Positions 1 through 11,140 of a stretch of 64,000 bases of DNA are shown here, piece after piece. The number at the start of each line of letters is the position of its first letter. Position 1 is the stretch's first letter. The DNA lies in contig OZ316898.1 in assembly GCA_973895155.1 (NCBI GenBank), positions 19,975,292 through 20,039,291 on the forward strand, given 5' to 3'. Source of the DNA: Marsupella aquatica (lineage: Eukaryota > Plantae > Marchantiophyta). Both the position numbers and the translations under genes were made by a program. Below the pieces are notes generated by a model. It did not search any database. It worked only from the letters and a program-made list of their open reading frames with translations, and was not told where the DNA came from.

Positions 1-143
1 AGCCCAAAGACATCGAAAGAAAAGCCAGGAGGGATCGTTTCTGCCAACCTAGTAGAGACAGGAGGGACGATAATGTACAGAGCTGGAAAGGGTGGAAACT
101 GAGACGAGAAATCATAACTGGTCTCACCTGCCTTGATCAACAT
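1..143 (-). CDS. Possible 5' end of a gene running off the left edge (exons 143-128 and 48-1; MLIKAGWQKRSLLAFLSMSLG...)
   Basis: On the minus strand, a CAG|GTGAGA donor at 127, a pyrimidine-rich 79-bp intron and a CTAG| acceptor at 49 give a phase-consistent open reading. Product not identifiable, and this could be UTR. Confidence 0.35.
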   Translation of the reverse strand, partial: MLIKAGETSYDFSSQFPPFPALYIIVPPVSTRLAETIPPGFSFDVFG

Positions 144-563
144 TGCACAGAACGACTCATTGGCTTGTTTGCGTCGGGATTCACCCGGTAACGAGCTGTC
201 CTTGCCCTCGCCTTTCTATTATATGCTGAACTGAATGCAATTGAGGCTGCTCTTATGTCTAGCAGGTCAGTGGCGGAACGAATCTGTTGGAAGCCATTTT
301 CCGAACCTCGTCGATTGACCTCCATGTCAGTCTGCCTTTGATTTAGTTACGATGCACTAGATACAGATCTGATCGTTTGAGGCTGTCACCAAACTCTTGC
401 TGCAGACTGCCGAAACATTACCCCAATGTCAAAATTAGCGCCAAAATTCGGTTTGCTGGAGAAATACATCGGGAAATGGGAAGTGCATAAATCTACTGTA
501 CTGACACGACAGTCTAAAAAGCTTTGTATAATGTACGTGAAACATTCCTCTCTCTTGAAATTG

Positions 564-734
564 GAGGTATTTGCTTGATGGACCCCAAAATGAAACTTGT
601 TACTTCATAACCCCCTGAAAGTCTATCAAGGGTCCAAATCTGAGATCTAAAGGTCCATCAAGGATCCAGATTGGGGAAAAGCATGGAGGGGGTTTATTAA
701 GCAAACTTTTTCAAGAAGGGGTCTACTAAGCATA
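564..734. mobile_element. Mutator-like MITE (same TIR family as 4784-4914 and 5045-11138), right end eroded
   Basis: Starts GAGGTATTTGCTTGATGGACCCCAAAATGAAAC, matching the TIR at 5045. Degenerate inverted end GGGGTCTACTAAGCATA. TGAAATTG is repeated on both flanks (556-563, 735-742). Confidence 0.55.
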
Positions 735-775
735 TGAAATTGGCAAGGAACATGTGTGTAGGCCAACTATAAGCA

Positions 776-946
776 AAAATATGGGAAAAACTAGACTCAT
801 AAACTTTTTGCATACAGTAACTGATAACAAGGAAAATATGGGAAAAACTAGACTCATAAACTTTTTGCATACAGTAACTGATAACAAGGAAAATATGGGA
901 AAAACTAGACTCGTAAACTTTTTGCATACAGTAACTGATAACAAGG
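776..946. repeat. Tandem repeat, 57 bp x3
   Basis: ATGGGAAAAACTAGACTC... recurs at 781, 838 and 895, near-identical. Explains the repetitive ORFs at 697-1019. Confidence 0.95.
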
Positions 947-2582
947 CTTGGTGTGACATAACTCTCCAATAGGTCGTCTCAAACCTTGTAGTTGTGGGGA
1001 AAAAACCAGAAATCACCAATTCTGGTCATGGGTCAGGAGTGTCGGGACAGGCATTTTTGTGTCCGCCACGATTTTCCAGGAATTCATGACTGATTGCGAC
1101 CTGAGACAGAAAGGAGAGGTTTGAGACTCACTAATGTAAAGGGCTTTAGCTAGAGTTTTGAAGGGGCATTATTGACAGTTCTTGCTTCATAAGAGGGTGT
1201 TAGTACACTTGAAGACCTAAGAGATTTTTTCTTTTTATTATTTTTAGTAAAACTGAGGAGAAGTTTCATTATACCCCATCCAAATCTGGACTGACTGTGC
1301 ATTCTTTTCATAAAAAAATTGTGCATTCTTTTCATAAAAACACTGAACTAGCAAAAAAAATTCAGAAACTGAGCTTCGGATGGAAGAAGGCTTTGTCTCT
1401 GCAAATTCCCATGGACTGGGTTCAGGGACTGGATTGGAGACATTCGATCATGTACATAGATCCAAAAAAATTCCAAATAACAAACAGGTCTCCAATGTGT
1501 TCTTTTATGTACAATCTACTACTTCACAAAATCTGAAGCTTTTCTGAGATCATTTGTTCAGTTTACAATGATTACAACAATGCAATTTATTAGTAAGATT
1601 TGGAGTAATGGTTGCCATGGAAAAATGAAGGGCATCAAGGTGTGGAAGCAAATAAAAATAAAAATAGGAAAACCAAGTTACCACGGCGGGTACTCTGCAG
1701 CACTCTACGTCGACTTCCATGTGCATAGATTCTGTTGCGGAAGTTGGCCCCTTTTACGCAGATTGTAACGACAGGTTTTCTGTTGGGCACGGACTGATGA
1801 TGAACCATAAATAGCGGATCCATGCTTGGCAAGTGACCTTCAGCTGGGCATGCCTGTGATAACAACGAGTACGATTGTTCTAGGTGGATCGTGGTGTACG
1901 TGAGTCTTCCTTTCAGCTCGAATCGATGCGTGGGACTAATTAAGAGTTCTAAGTCATTTGTGGAAACGAGTGAGTAAGTTATGTGGGCGCTGGAATGAAG
2001 CAAATCGGGTGAGTACTATTTCTAGGAACGAAATCTCACCAGGCTTGATCACTCGATGTCGAGTGCAAAGATAATTTAGCAAAATAGATTGAATGCAATT
2101 GAAATTCTGGAGTCGTTCAAGAAAGAATGCCTGGATACGGAGAAAAAAAGAGTTCCTTGATCATGAGCACTCAAATGCACTTTATCAAGTGTTTTCTCTA
2201 TTGCCCTTGAGGAAATGATAATTTCGTCCGCTCTCATCCTGGTGATGCAATGGAGATGGAATGAACCTTGTGTCTCTGTAGTTCTTGCAGACATGATAAT
2301 CTTGTCCAAAACTCGTGCTGGCGAGTCCAGAGAGAATGCACCTTGCTTCTCCATTCCGTGCACAAGCTCTTAAAACGCTGTTATCCACGAAATTGAAGCA
2401 CGATGTTCGAATTGAAAACAACACTGGCTGCTTAAAGACCACTGAAAGGAAGCCAGGAATCGACCTTTCAATTCATATGCTCTGGACGACAGAACATTGT
2501 CTCTGTACTGAGATGTCAGCTTACGAAAGCGTTTCAGCCGAAAAAAAAAACGGCTCCAAGGAAGAAGAGAATTGAGCAGTCA

Positions 2583-2676
2583 ACTCAATGACATTCATAA
2601 TCAGTTTGAATGATTCTAATTACTTGAGTCGACTCAATGACATTCATAATCAGTTTGAATGATTCTAATTACTTGA
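2583..2676. repeat. Local tandem duplication, 49-bp period
   Basis: ACTCAATGACATTCATAATCAGTTTGAATGATTCTAATTACTTGA at 2583 and 2632. Confidence 0.9.
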
Positions 2677-3447
2677 AGGTCATTCTAACGTGAACCTCCC
2701 TGTCACAAAGAAGGAAACATCGAACATTGAAACTGAGGCGTGATATCAATCTGCAATGGAAGCTTCCATTGCTCTTCATGAGGAAAGTCTTCATAAATCA
2801 AGGGCACGGACATGGAACATGAAAGGCAATCATTGGAACACCCCACAGCTATTAGATGGAACTATGTTTTTTTGTCTTGAAAAAACCTAAATTCATTCAA
2901 AAAGCCATCATACAACATGGGATTCCCCAGGTCCCTCCCTATGATCAAACATAGTTCCGGCCTGTTTTGCCTTTGGGGTGTGGGTTGCCCAGGGGCCAGG
3001 GCTTTCCCTCCCTTCACATAACCAAAACGAACAGAAAAAGTGGGAGATTTAGGGTGTTCATTAAAGTTTTCCCTAAATCCCTAAACTCTTGGTCAATTTT
3101 CTGAGTGAACCACTAGTGTTGGAGCTAAAAGACAAGGTCAAACAGCCCAATGGTGTACCTGATATGCCAAATTTTTAGTCACCTTTAATCTTGATTCCAC
3201 TAAACAGAATTCATATGCATAACTCACCTGAAATTTTAACATTGACTCTGCCTCATCCGCTCTGTTCATAGTGGCTTATATGAACCGCCTAAGTCCCAAT
3301 CTAGTTGAACTACTCAGCCGGCACATTTACAAGAAAACTATATTGGTTTTGGCCAAATTTGCCAGTGGAAAACATTCCCTCACAACTGTAGATTGTTTAT
3401 GCAGAACTGTTTTGCTTTGATACCTCTAGACAGTGCACCTTCACATT

Positions 3448-3750
3448 GAGTGTAATCTTTAAGGTTTTTCCTTAACAGCCAGAGTGGCTAATGTCAGGTG
3501 TGTGAAGGAGAAGATGTTAATTATATTTCTTATGTGAAATTCCCAAATTATTTTCTGACCATTAGATCTCCCTATATTTAAGGATGACTGTTAGATTCTG
3601 GCTAGTAGGGCCTGTGTCTAGGTGGAAAACTGGCAAATGAGACATAGAAAAACTGGCTAAATTTTGCCAAAAGTGGCAAAGACTTTGTTGGGAGGTTGAG
3701 ACTAGTGTACACTAGCCACCCAAAAAAAAATGTTGTTCACCTTCACCTAA
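3448..3750 (-). mobile_element. Degenerate copy of the hAT MITE family found at 59769-60045 (opposite orientation)
   Basis: TTTAAGGATGACTGTTAGATTCTGGC (~3577-3602) matches the reverse complement of GCCAGAATCCAACAATCATCCTTAAA (~59903-59928). The left end GAGTGTAATCTTTAAGG resembles the TIR CAGCGTATTGTTAAAGG. A matching opposite terminus occurs at ~4600-4640. Confidence 0.5.
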
Positions 3751-3794
3751 AGTAGGTTCATTAATTAAGAGGAACTATAGATCATCCAATGAGA

Positions 3795-3876
3795 GGGCGC
3801 GGGGCGGATTGAACCTGGGGCCTTTCAATTCCAGGCTCACCCCCTAGCCAACTAACCGAAGCCAGTTGATTTGACA
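3795..3876 (-). mobile_element. tRNA-derived SINE-like head, copy 1
   Basis: Minus strand reads TGGCTTCGGTTAGTTGG...GGTTCAATCC, i.e. A-box-like and B-box-like motifs at tRNA spacing. The T-stem does not pair fully, so this is not an intact tRNA. Confidence 0.55.
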
Positions 3877-3931
3877 CAAATTTAACTTCTGAGCCTTGGT
3901 AACTACGGTTACTTTGGTTACTCCTCTGCCT

Positions 3932-3936
<5 letters not shown>

Positions 3937-3981
<45 letters not shown>
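3937..3981. repeat. (CT)n microsatellite
   Basis: Uninterrupted CT run; source of the RERERE ORF. Confidence 0.95.
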
Positions 3982-3986
<5 letters not shown>

Positions 3987-4330
3987 AGGAGGAGTTGAGA
4001 AGACAAGCACTGTACACTCAGGAGAGTTGTTCAAAGCAGGGTCACAAAGTTTACAACCAGGGGCCAAGTAGATAATCAGAACTTGCATCGATCAAATCCT
4101 GTAGGATGCGTAAGGTGTGCAATGAATAATATTTATGTGTGTGTGTATCAATCGTACATCCTTTTATGTGTTCGATTAGTTTTACAACGTGTGCAATGAA
4201 TAATATATATCATTGGTACATACTTTCACATGTTCGAGTAGTTTAACAATAGTACATGTGTATTGACCTAGTTTCCCACACTCCCCACAAAACCACACAC
4301 ATGTACCCTTCACACCCCTATGTGTGGAAG

Positions 4331-4410
4331 GAGCAGGGGGGGATTGAACCTGGGACCTTTCAGTTCCAGGCTCATCCCCTACCCAACTAACCAAAGGCAG
4401 TTGGTTTGAC
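4331..4410 (-). mobile_element. tRNA-derived SINE-like head, copy 2
   Basis: Homologous to copy 1; GGATTGAACC (B-box complement) at 4341-4350. Confidence 0.55.
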
Positions 4411-4654
4411 ATGAAACTTCTGAGCCTTACTTTGGTTCCTCTTCTGCCGCTCTGCTCTGTTTGTCTATTTGTCTCTTCCTATTCTCTGTGTCCCTCTCAC
4501 TCTCTTGTGAAAAGCGAACGAGTTGAGAAGACAAGGAGTGTAGTGAGTGTACAGTAGAGTACTCTTGCATCTGAATGAATGACATAGTTACAAAGAATCT
4601 AGCGAATTTTAGCCAAATTTGCACCTAAAAAAATACTTTGCTCCACACTCCTCT

Positions 4655-4758
4655 GTGGAGGGGGGGATTGAACCTGGGACCTTTCAATTCCAGGCTCATC
4701 CCCTAGCCAATCCCCTAGCCAACTAACCCGCCAACTAACCAAAGCCAGCTCATTGACG
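4655..4758 (-). mobile_element. tRNA-derived SINE-like head, copy 3 (partial copy 4 at ~4975-5020)
   Basis: GGATTGAACC at 4665-4674, with small internal duplications of CCCCTAGCCAA and CCAACTAACC. Confidence 0.55.
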
Positions 4759-4783
4759 TGAAACTTTTGAGCCTCGTTAACTA

Positions 4784-4914
4784 GAGGGATTTGGGTGATC
4801 GGACCCCTGACTAAGTTTTGGGTACATTGATTCAAGGTCAATCAATGGTTTGGATCACTCAGGGGTCCTATCAAGTAACACATTTCATTTTGGGTCTGAT
4901 CAAGTAAATACCTC
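4784..4914 (-). mobile_element. Mutator-like MITE, 131 bp
   Basis: Termini GAGGGATTTGGGTGATCGGACCC and GGGTCTGATCAAGTAAATACCTC. A 10-bp TSD-like pair TCGTTAACTA/TTGGTAACTA is present. The empty site GAGCCTTGGTAACTACGGTTAC is visible at 3891-3912. Confidence 0.7.
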
Positions 4915-5151
4915 TTGGTAACTACTGTTACTTTGGTTCCTCATCTACCTCTCTGCCCTGTTTGTCTATTCATGCCCTAGCCAACCCCTAGCCAACTAAC
5001 GGAAGCCAACTGGTTGACGTGAAACTTTTGAGTCCCTGTAACTAGAGGGATTTGCTTGATCAGACCCCAAAATGAAACATGTTACTTGATAGGACCCATG
5101 ATTGAGTGATCCAGATCATTGATTGACCTTGAATCAATGTACCCAAAACTT

Positions 5152-5486
5152 TGTTGTTAGATATTGCTCTAGTCTTGTGACTCATGAGCTAACTACAGTT
5201 AGGCTAACTCGGGTTAGGACTTAGATAATGTTAGCGGTAGTGTTGTTGTGCATATAGCCAGACCCTGGTGGAACTTAGGCTCATTGTTACGGAGCTAGTT
5301 AAGAGATAGGGAGAGCTTGTGTTGTGGATGCTTGGTATGGCCGGTCGGCCTAGAGTGCAGTAAAGCTCTTGTGTGTTCCCGTGGACGTAGCCTCATGTGG
5401 AGGTGAACCACGTATCTCTCTGTGTCGACTCTTGTGCGTTGGATGGTTCATGGGCTTGCCGTTATGAATGTTGTCTATGCTCAACA
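5152..5486 (+). repeat. 5' LTR (335 bp, TGTTG...CAACA)
   Basis: Direct repeat of 10639-10985; manual alignment gives 9 substitutions plus one 12-bp indel. Confidence 0.96.
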
Positions 5487-5488
5487 AC

Positions 5489-5500
5489 TGGTATCAGAGC
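5489..5500 (+). other. Primer-binding site for initiator tRNA-Met
   Basis: TGGTATCAGAGC, 2 bp after the 5' LTR; canonical plant copia PBS. Confidence 0.95.
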
Positions 5501-6169
5501 ATGCCTGGGAGGTGACAAGGTTTTTTCGTGACAGGTTTTTCCAACGTTCATTATCGATGGTACATTTGGAGTTTCGTCGCATGAAACTTGAATGTGTGTG
5601 GCTGTGCGGCACACATACCGACTGCCCCATACGGGGTATTATTGTGAATTAAGGGGCTTAAGGACCCCCTTTAGCCCCCTTTTTCCTTGTTTTTTCCTCT
5701 TTTTGGTGTTTCCTCTTGTGCCAGGACCTGTCGTCCTCCGTTTTAACCGCTCCAATAGGGGGAACGGCCCCCTGTGAGACCTGTCGAACTGTGCGGGAAT
5801 ATTCCCAAAAAACAGAGAGCTGTTTTTTGGCCGTCCGACAAAGATTCTGTCCGTTGAACGGTAACTTTTTTGGTTCTTTTTCGACAAGGACGTTGCCACT
5901 GGAGTTAGCAACGCGGCGCACCGATTACATTGTGATTCCAACGACGGGTTGTACTGGGTATTTCGGTTATTCTCCGAGGTGGTCAAAACGGGGGAGTTTC
6001 CCAAGGTTTTACCCACCCCGGCCGAAATTTGAAAAACATTTCCGTCAAATTTTGATTTTGATTTCGGATTTCAGTATTGGACTCCTAGCTTCGTGGGCTA
6101 CGCGGCGGTGTTGAGTTTTGAGTTTTGTGAGAAGTTTCAAAAAAAGACGTTTTTTCGTGATTGTTTCAT

Positions 6170-7223
6170 ATGAGTGACTCGGAGGATACTGGAAGAATTG
6201 GCATCGGTGGAGCTTCAGGATCGCGACGGTCAGACGGAGAATCTGAGGAAGAGCTGCTACCGTTTGAGGAAGAACTAGTGACACCGGTAAGATCACCGGT
6301 GCGGCGTGCAGTGGAGGAAGCTGTACTACTACCAGAGCTGTTGGTAGTGGGGAAGAAGAGGGAGATGGCTAGATTTGGGAGGAGTGAAGTTTGAGGTGGA
6401 GTACGATGGTCGTACTGATTACTTGCTGTGGAAGAAGCAAGTGAAGGGTGTCCTTTGGGCCATGGGCTTAGCTCATCTGCTCTCTTCGCGAGAGCAGTAT
6501 GATGGAGAGGAGGAGATTTCTGTGAGACAGTGGAGACAAGAGCAGGTGATTGCTGTCAATGCAGTGATGCTATATCTCAAGCCGCACATCATCAAGCAGT
6601 TGGATGATTATGCGGATTGCGCGTCACTGTTCAAGGCTCTAAGAGAGAAGTACTACCGGGAAGATGCGTCAGACCGGCTGTACAAGAAGTCTCTCTTGAT
6701 GAGCCTCAGGCTCAAGGAAGGGAGCAAGATGCAGGATCACCTGGATGAATTTGACAGTCTAGCGGTGGATCTGTCAAACCTGGGAAAAAGAGTTAAAGAT
6801 GAGGATAAGGCCTTGCTTCTGCTAAGCTCCTTACCGCCGTCATATCAGGGCTTGAAACAGGTGCTCTTGTACAGAGATCTGAAGTCCATTTCATATAATG
6901 AGGTGGTGAGCTCCTTGCTGTCTGATGATGCTCAGAAGAAGTTGGGTCAATCACAGACAGCATCTTCTTCTGGCAATGCGCTAAATGTGAACAGGGGAAG
7001 AGCAACGCAGCGCACGAATGGGCAGAACAGGTTTAGATCTACATCACGGGGGAGATCTAAATCCAGAGGGAAATCGCAAGAGAGGAAGCCTCTTGCATGT
7101 TGGAATTGTGGCAAGCCTGGCCACATGAAAAGGGATTGTCGAGTAAAGGTCCCTACTGCCTCTGCTAACGCGACATCGAGCTCGCATGAGGTAGATTTAC
7201 TCGATGATGATGACATATTGTGA
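6170..7223 (+). pseudogene. gag: copia gag with a frameshift at ~6377
   Basis: The MSDSEDT...MARFG frame is offset from the GVKFEVEYDGRTDYLLWKKQV frame. Contains copia-type gag motifs (LLLLSSLPPSY) and the zinc knuckle CWNCGKPGHMKRDC. TGA at 7221-7223. Confidence 0.9.
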
Positions 7224-10200
7224 TGTCAAGGTTATGCTCTCAACGTAGTGTCAAATCCAGGTAGTGATGATTGGATTCTAGATAGTGCATGTACTTTTCA
7301 CATTTCCTCTAGGAGAGATTTTTTCAGTTCTTACACGGATTCCAACGGTTCAGTGTTGATGGGAAATGGAATCCCATGTCAAGTGGTTGGACTTGGATCT
7401 ATTAGATTTCAGATGTTTGATGGTACTGTAAGAACGTTGAGGAATGTGAGATATATTCCCAGCATGATGAAAAATCTCATTTCACTTGGAGTTTTAGAAG
7501 CAAATGGCCATCAGTGGAGTTCTGCTAATGGTGTCCTTCAGGTTTCAACTGGTACTAAAGTTGTATTGAAGGGAAAGAGACATTGCAATCTATACGTTTT
7601 GGAGGGCAGTGTAGTTTGTGATGAAGCCAATGTAACCTTATCTCATGAGGAGACGGCCCGGCTGTGGCACTTCCGTTTGGGTCACATGAGTGAAAAAGAT
7701 TTGGTTATTCTTCAGAAGAAAGGATTACTTTCTAATTTGCTATCTTGTAAGTTGGAATTTTGTGAGCACTGTGTGCTAGGAAAGCAGCACAGAAAACCCT
7801 TCGGAGTTGGAACTCACACCAGCAAGGAGGTACTTGAGTATGTACATAGTGATGTGTGGGGTCCAGCCCCTACTCCCTCACATTCTGGACGGTTATACTA
7901 TGTCACATTCATAGACGATTACTCAAGGTATGTGTGGATATATTTTCTACACAATAAGTCTAATGTTTTTGCCACTTTTAAGGAGTGAAAAGCCCAAGTT
8001 GAGAATCAGACTGGTAATAAGGTGAGATATCTTCAATCGGATAACGGCAGTGAATACAGTTCCGGTGAATTTAGAACGTATTGTAAGGAGCAGGGGATAA
8101 CCCTCCATCTCACAACAAGTTATACTCCTCAGCACAATGGTATTTCTGAGAGACTCAACCGAACACTATTGGACCGCTCGAGGAGTATGTTGAGTCAATC
8201 ATGCTTACCACATGAGTTTTGGGCTGAAGCTGTCAACATTGCAGCTTATTTGGTAAATTTTTCTCCATCCAGTTCTATTGGATTCAAGACTCCGTTTGAA
8301 ATGAGATACGGGCGTCCAGCAGATTACTCACATGTAAGGATTTTTGGATGTGATGCTTATGTGCTTACACCTTCCCAGCTTCGATCCAAGCTGGAGTCCA
8401 AGTCGAAGAAGTGCATTTTCCTTGGCTATCAGAAAGGTGTAAAGGGTTATAGGTTATGGGATCCAGTAACCTATAAGCTAATTGTCAGTAGAGATGTGTC
8501 CTTTAATGAATCCAGATCATCAAAGGAGGGGGAGAGTTCTCAGGACTCCCATACTGACAAGGGGAAATCTCCCATCCCGGACCGGGTTGAGGGAGAGATT
8601 AGTCATGATGATGTTCATGACAGGAGAGATGGAGAAGCTTCGGGCTTGGAGCTAGTTCCTGTGATGGAACAAGATGAGCAGATTGTTGCTGGGGTACCTC
8701 AAATTCAGCCAGCAGCAGCAACAGATCAACCTAAGTCATCTACTAGAAGAACTTCCAGTCGTTCTACTAGAGCTCCTACCAGATATGGTCAATGGGCAGA
8801 CTCATCTAAGTTAGATGATATTGACATTGCACCTGATGAAGATGACATGGCTTTGATCTTGGAAGAAGGAGAGCCTTCTTCGTACAGTGAGGCTTGTGCT
8901 TCAGAGCAGAAGCATGAGTGGAATGCAGCAATGCAGAGGGAGTTGCAATCTTTGAGTGACAACAAAACATGGGAGTTGGTGGAGCTTCCAAGAGGTCAGC
9001 AAGTGGTGGACAACAAGTGGATTTACAAGTTGAAGGACAATCCTTCAGAGGGTGGAGATAAGATCTACAAGGCAAGGCTTGTTGCCAAGGGGTTCACTCA
9101 GGAGAAAGGAGTGGACTACAATGAGGTCTTTTCACCGGTGGCTAAGTATTCCACAATTCGGATCTTGTGTCAACTTGTTATGTTTTTTGGTCTGGTGATG
9201 GATCAGATGGATGTTGTTACTGCTTTTCTCTATGGCAACTTGGAATAGTTGATCTTCATGAGACAACCACTAGGCTTTATGAAGAAGGGCCAAGAGAACC
9301 TAGTTTGCAGACTGCTCAAGTCCTTGTATGGATTGAAGCAGTCTCCCAGACAGTGGAACAAGCGGTTTGATGATTTCATGCTTGCTCAAGGTTTTACAAG
9401 GATGGTGTATGATCCTTGTGTGTATACAAAATCAATCAAGAATGATGTATTTGGTTTCATCATTCTGGTGATCTATGTGGATGACATGCTGATTGTGGCT
9501 AAAGATCAATCTGAGGTTGACAGTCTCAAGGCAAAATTGAGTGTTGAATTCAGGATGAAGGATCTTGGTAAGGCCAAGAGGATCTTAGGGATGGAGATTT
9601 TTAGGAACTCTGAGACTGGATAGTTGTGCTTGAATCAAGGCCAGTATGCGAGGAAAGTACTTGCACGATTCAACATGGAGAACTGTAAGCCAATGAGTAT
9701 TCCTTTAGCTTCACATTTCAAGTTATCATCGGCTTTCTGTCCTACGGATGCTGTGGAGAAAAGTCTGATGGCTAAGATTCCTTATGAGAAGGCAGTAGAT
9801 AATCTGATGTATTTGATGACTTGTACTAGGCCTGACTTGGCCCTAGCGATGGGCAAGGTTAGCAGATTTATGTCAAATCCAGGGAAGGTACATTGGGAAG
9901 CTGTGAAGTGGATTCTCAGGTATCTGAAGGGAACAGAGGACTATGGATTGCTATTTGATAATAGATCAGATAGAACGTTAGTTGGCTATGTAGATTCTGA
10001 CTATGGAGGCTGTCTGGATACAAGGAGGTCTACAACTGGGTTTGTATACACTCTTGGAGGAGGATATATCAGTTGGAAATCTACCTTGCAGAAGTGCATA
10101 TCTCAGTCTACTACAAAAGCAGAGTATGTTGCAGCAGCAGAAGCAGCAAAGGAAGCAATTTGGTTGGACAAGTTGATCGCGGAGATGGGTTTAGAGCATG

Positions 10201-10442
10201 GCAAAATGACTCTAAATTGTGATAGTCAGAGTGCTCTTCACTTGGCTGCTAACCAGGTGATGGATAGCAGGGTGAAGCACATTGATATCAGGTACCATTT
10301 TATCAGGCAAGCAGTGTCTGATAAAACTTTTGAGCTAGTCAAGATTGATGGAAAGCTCAATCCCGCTGATGCCTTTACCAAAGTGATTCCTTTGGAGAGT
10401 TTCTCAAGACACCGTGCTACTTTACAGGTTTTGCAGTTGTAG
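7224..10442 (+). pseudogene. pol: copia pol (protease, integrase, RT, RNase H) with three in-frame stops
   Basis: WILDSAC (PR); WHFRLGH..CEHC, HSDVWGP, SDNGSEY, NGISERLNRT and GVKGYRLWD (INT); YKARLVAKGF, LLKSLYGLKQSPRQW and YVDD (RT); GYVDSD, KHIDIRYHFIR and NPADAFTK (RNase H). Stops at 7986, 9246 and 9621, all in one frame. Confidence 0.96.
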
Positions 10443-10627
10443 TGCAAGTAGAGTTATTTAGCAATGTGTGACTATTTGTATATGGATTACTCATTCCTGT
10501 TAGGCTACGGCTTAGTTCTAGTTAACCTTTGTGGTTTTTAGGGGGAGACCTGGTTTGGTGATTGTCTAGAACTTCCCGCTGAGGATTCTATATGGTAGCA
10601 TTTAGTCCAGTCCCCAAGACAAGAGTC

Positions 10628-10636
10628 AAGGGGGAG
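10628..10636 (+). other. Polypurine tract
   Basis: AAGGGGGAG just upstream of the 3' LTR. Confidence 0.9.
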
Positions 10637-10638
10637 TT

Positions 10639-10985
10639 GGTTGTTAGATATTGCTCTAGTCTTGTGACTCATGAGCTAACTACAGTTAGGCTAACTCGGG
10701 TTAGGACTTAGCTAATGTTAGCGGTAGTGTTGTTGTGCATATAGCCAAGGCTGATGCCAGACCCTGGTGGAACTTAGGCTCATTGTTACGGAGCTAGTTG
10801 AGAGATATAGAGAGCTTGTGCTATGGATGCTTGGTATGGCCGGTCGGCCTAGAGTGCAGTAAAGCTCTTGTGTGTTCCCGTGGACGTAGCCTCATGTGGA
10901 GGTGAACCACGTATCTCTCTGTGTCGACTCTTGTGCGTTGGATGGTTCATGGGCTTGCCGTTACGAATGTGGTCTATGCTCAACA
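10639..10985 (+). repeat. 3' LTR (347 bp; starts GG rather than TG)
   Basis: Repeat of the 5' LTR; ends CAACA followed by TSD AACTT; carries an extra AGGCTGATGCCA. Confidence 0.96.
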
Positions 10986-11140
10986 AACTTCAGGGGTCTT
11001 GATACGACCCATGAGTGATCCAGACACGACCCATGAGTGATCCAGACCATTGATTGACCTTGAATCAATGTACCCAAAACGTCAGAGGCCCTATCAAGTA
11101 ACATTTCATTTTGCGGTCTGATCAAACAAATCACCCTCGA

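Larger units (their letters stand above)
5152..10985 (+). mobile_element. Full-length Ty1/copia LTR retrotransposon, coding-defective
   Basis: Two LTRs, 5-bp TSD AACTT (5147-5151 and 10986-10990), PBS and PPT. Domain order is gag-PR-INT-RT-RNaseH, with integrase before RT as in copia. Confidence 0.98.
5045..11138 (+). mobile_element. Mutator-like MITE split by the copia insertion (halves 5045-5151 and 10986-~11138)
   Basis: Long TIRs: GAGGGATTTGCTTGATCAGACCCCAAAATGAAACATGTTACTTGATAGG and CCTATCAAGTAACATTTCATTTTGCGGTCTGATCAAACAAATCACCCTC. Both flanks carry TAACTA. An internal segment is duplicated. Confidence 0.7.

Noticed and set aside
697-1019. Repeat-containing proteins on both strands
   Set aside because: Artefact of a 57-bp (multiple of 3) tandem repeat.
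3795-4758. Functional tRNA genes
   Set aside because: A/B-box-like motifs are present, but the T-stem and acceptor stem do not pair and the copies are diverged.
5190-5201. LTR motif TAACTACAGTTA matches the host palindrome TAACTACGGTTA at 11/12
   Set aside because: Short match, and the copia inserted about 100 bp from that palindrome, so it is likely chance.
7191-7260. Intron removing the gag stop codon
   Set aside because: The GAG|GTAGAT donor combined with the nearby AG acceptors does not restore the pol frame.
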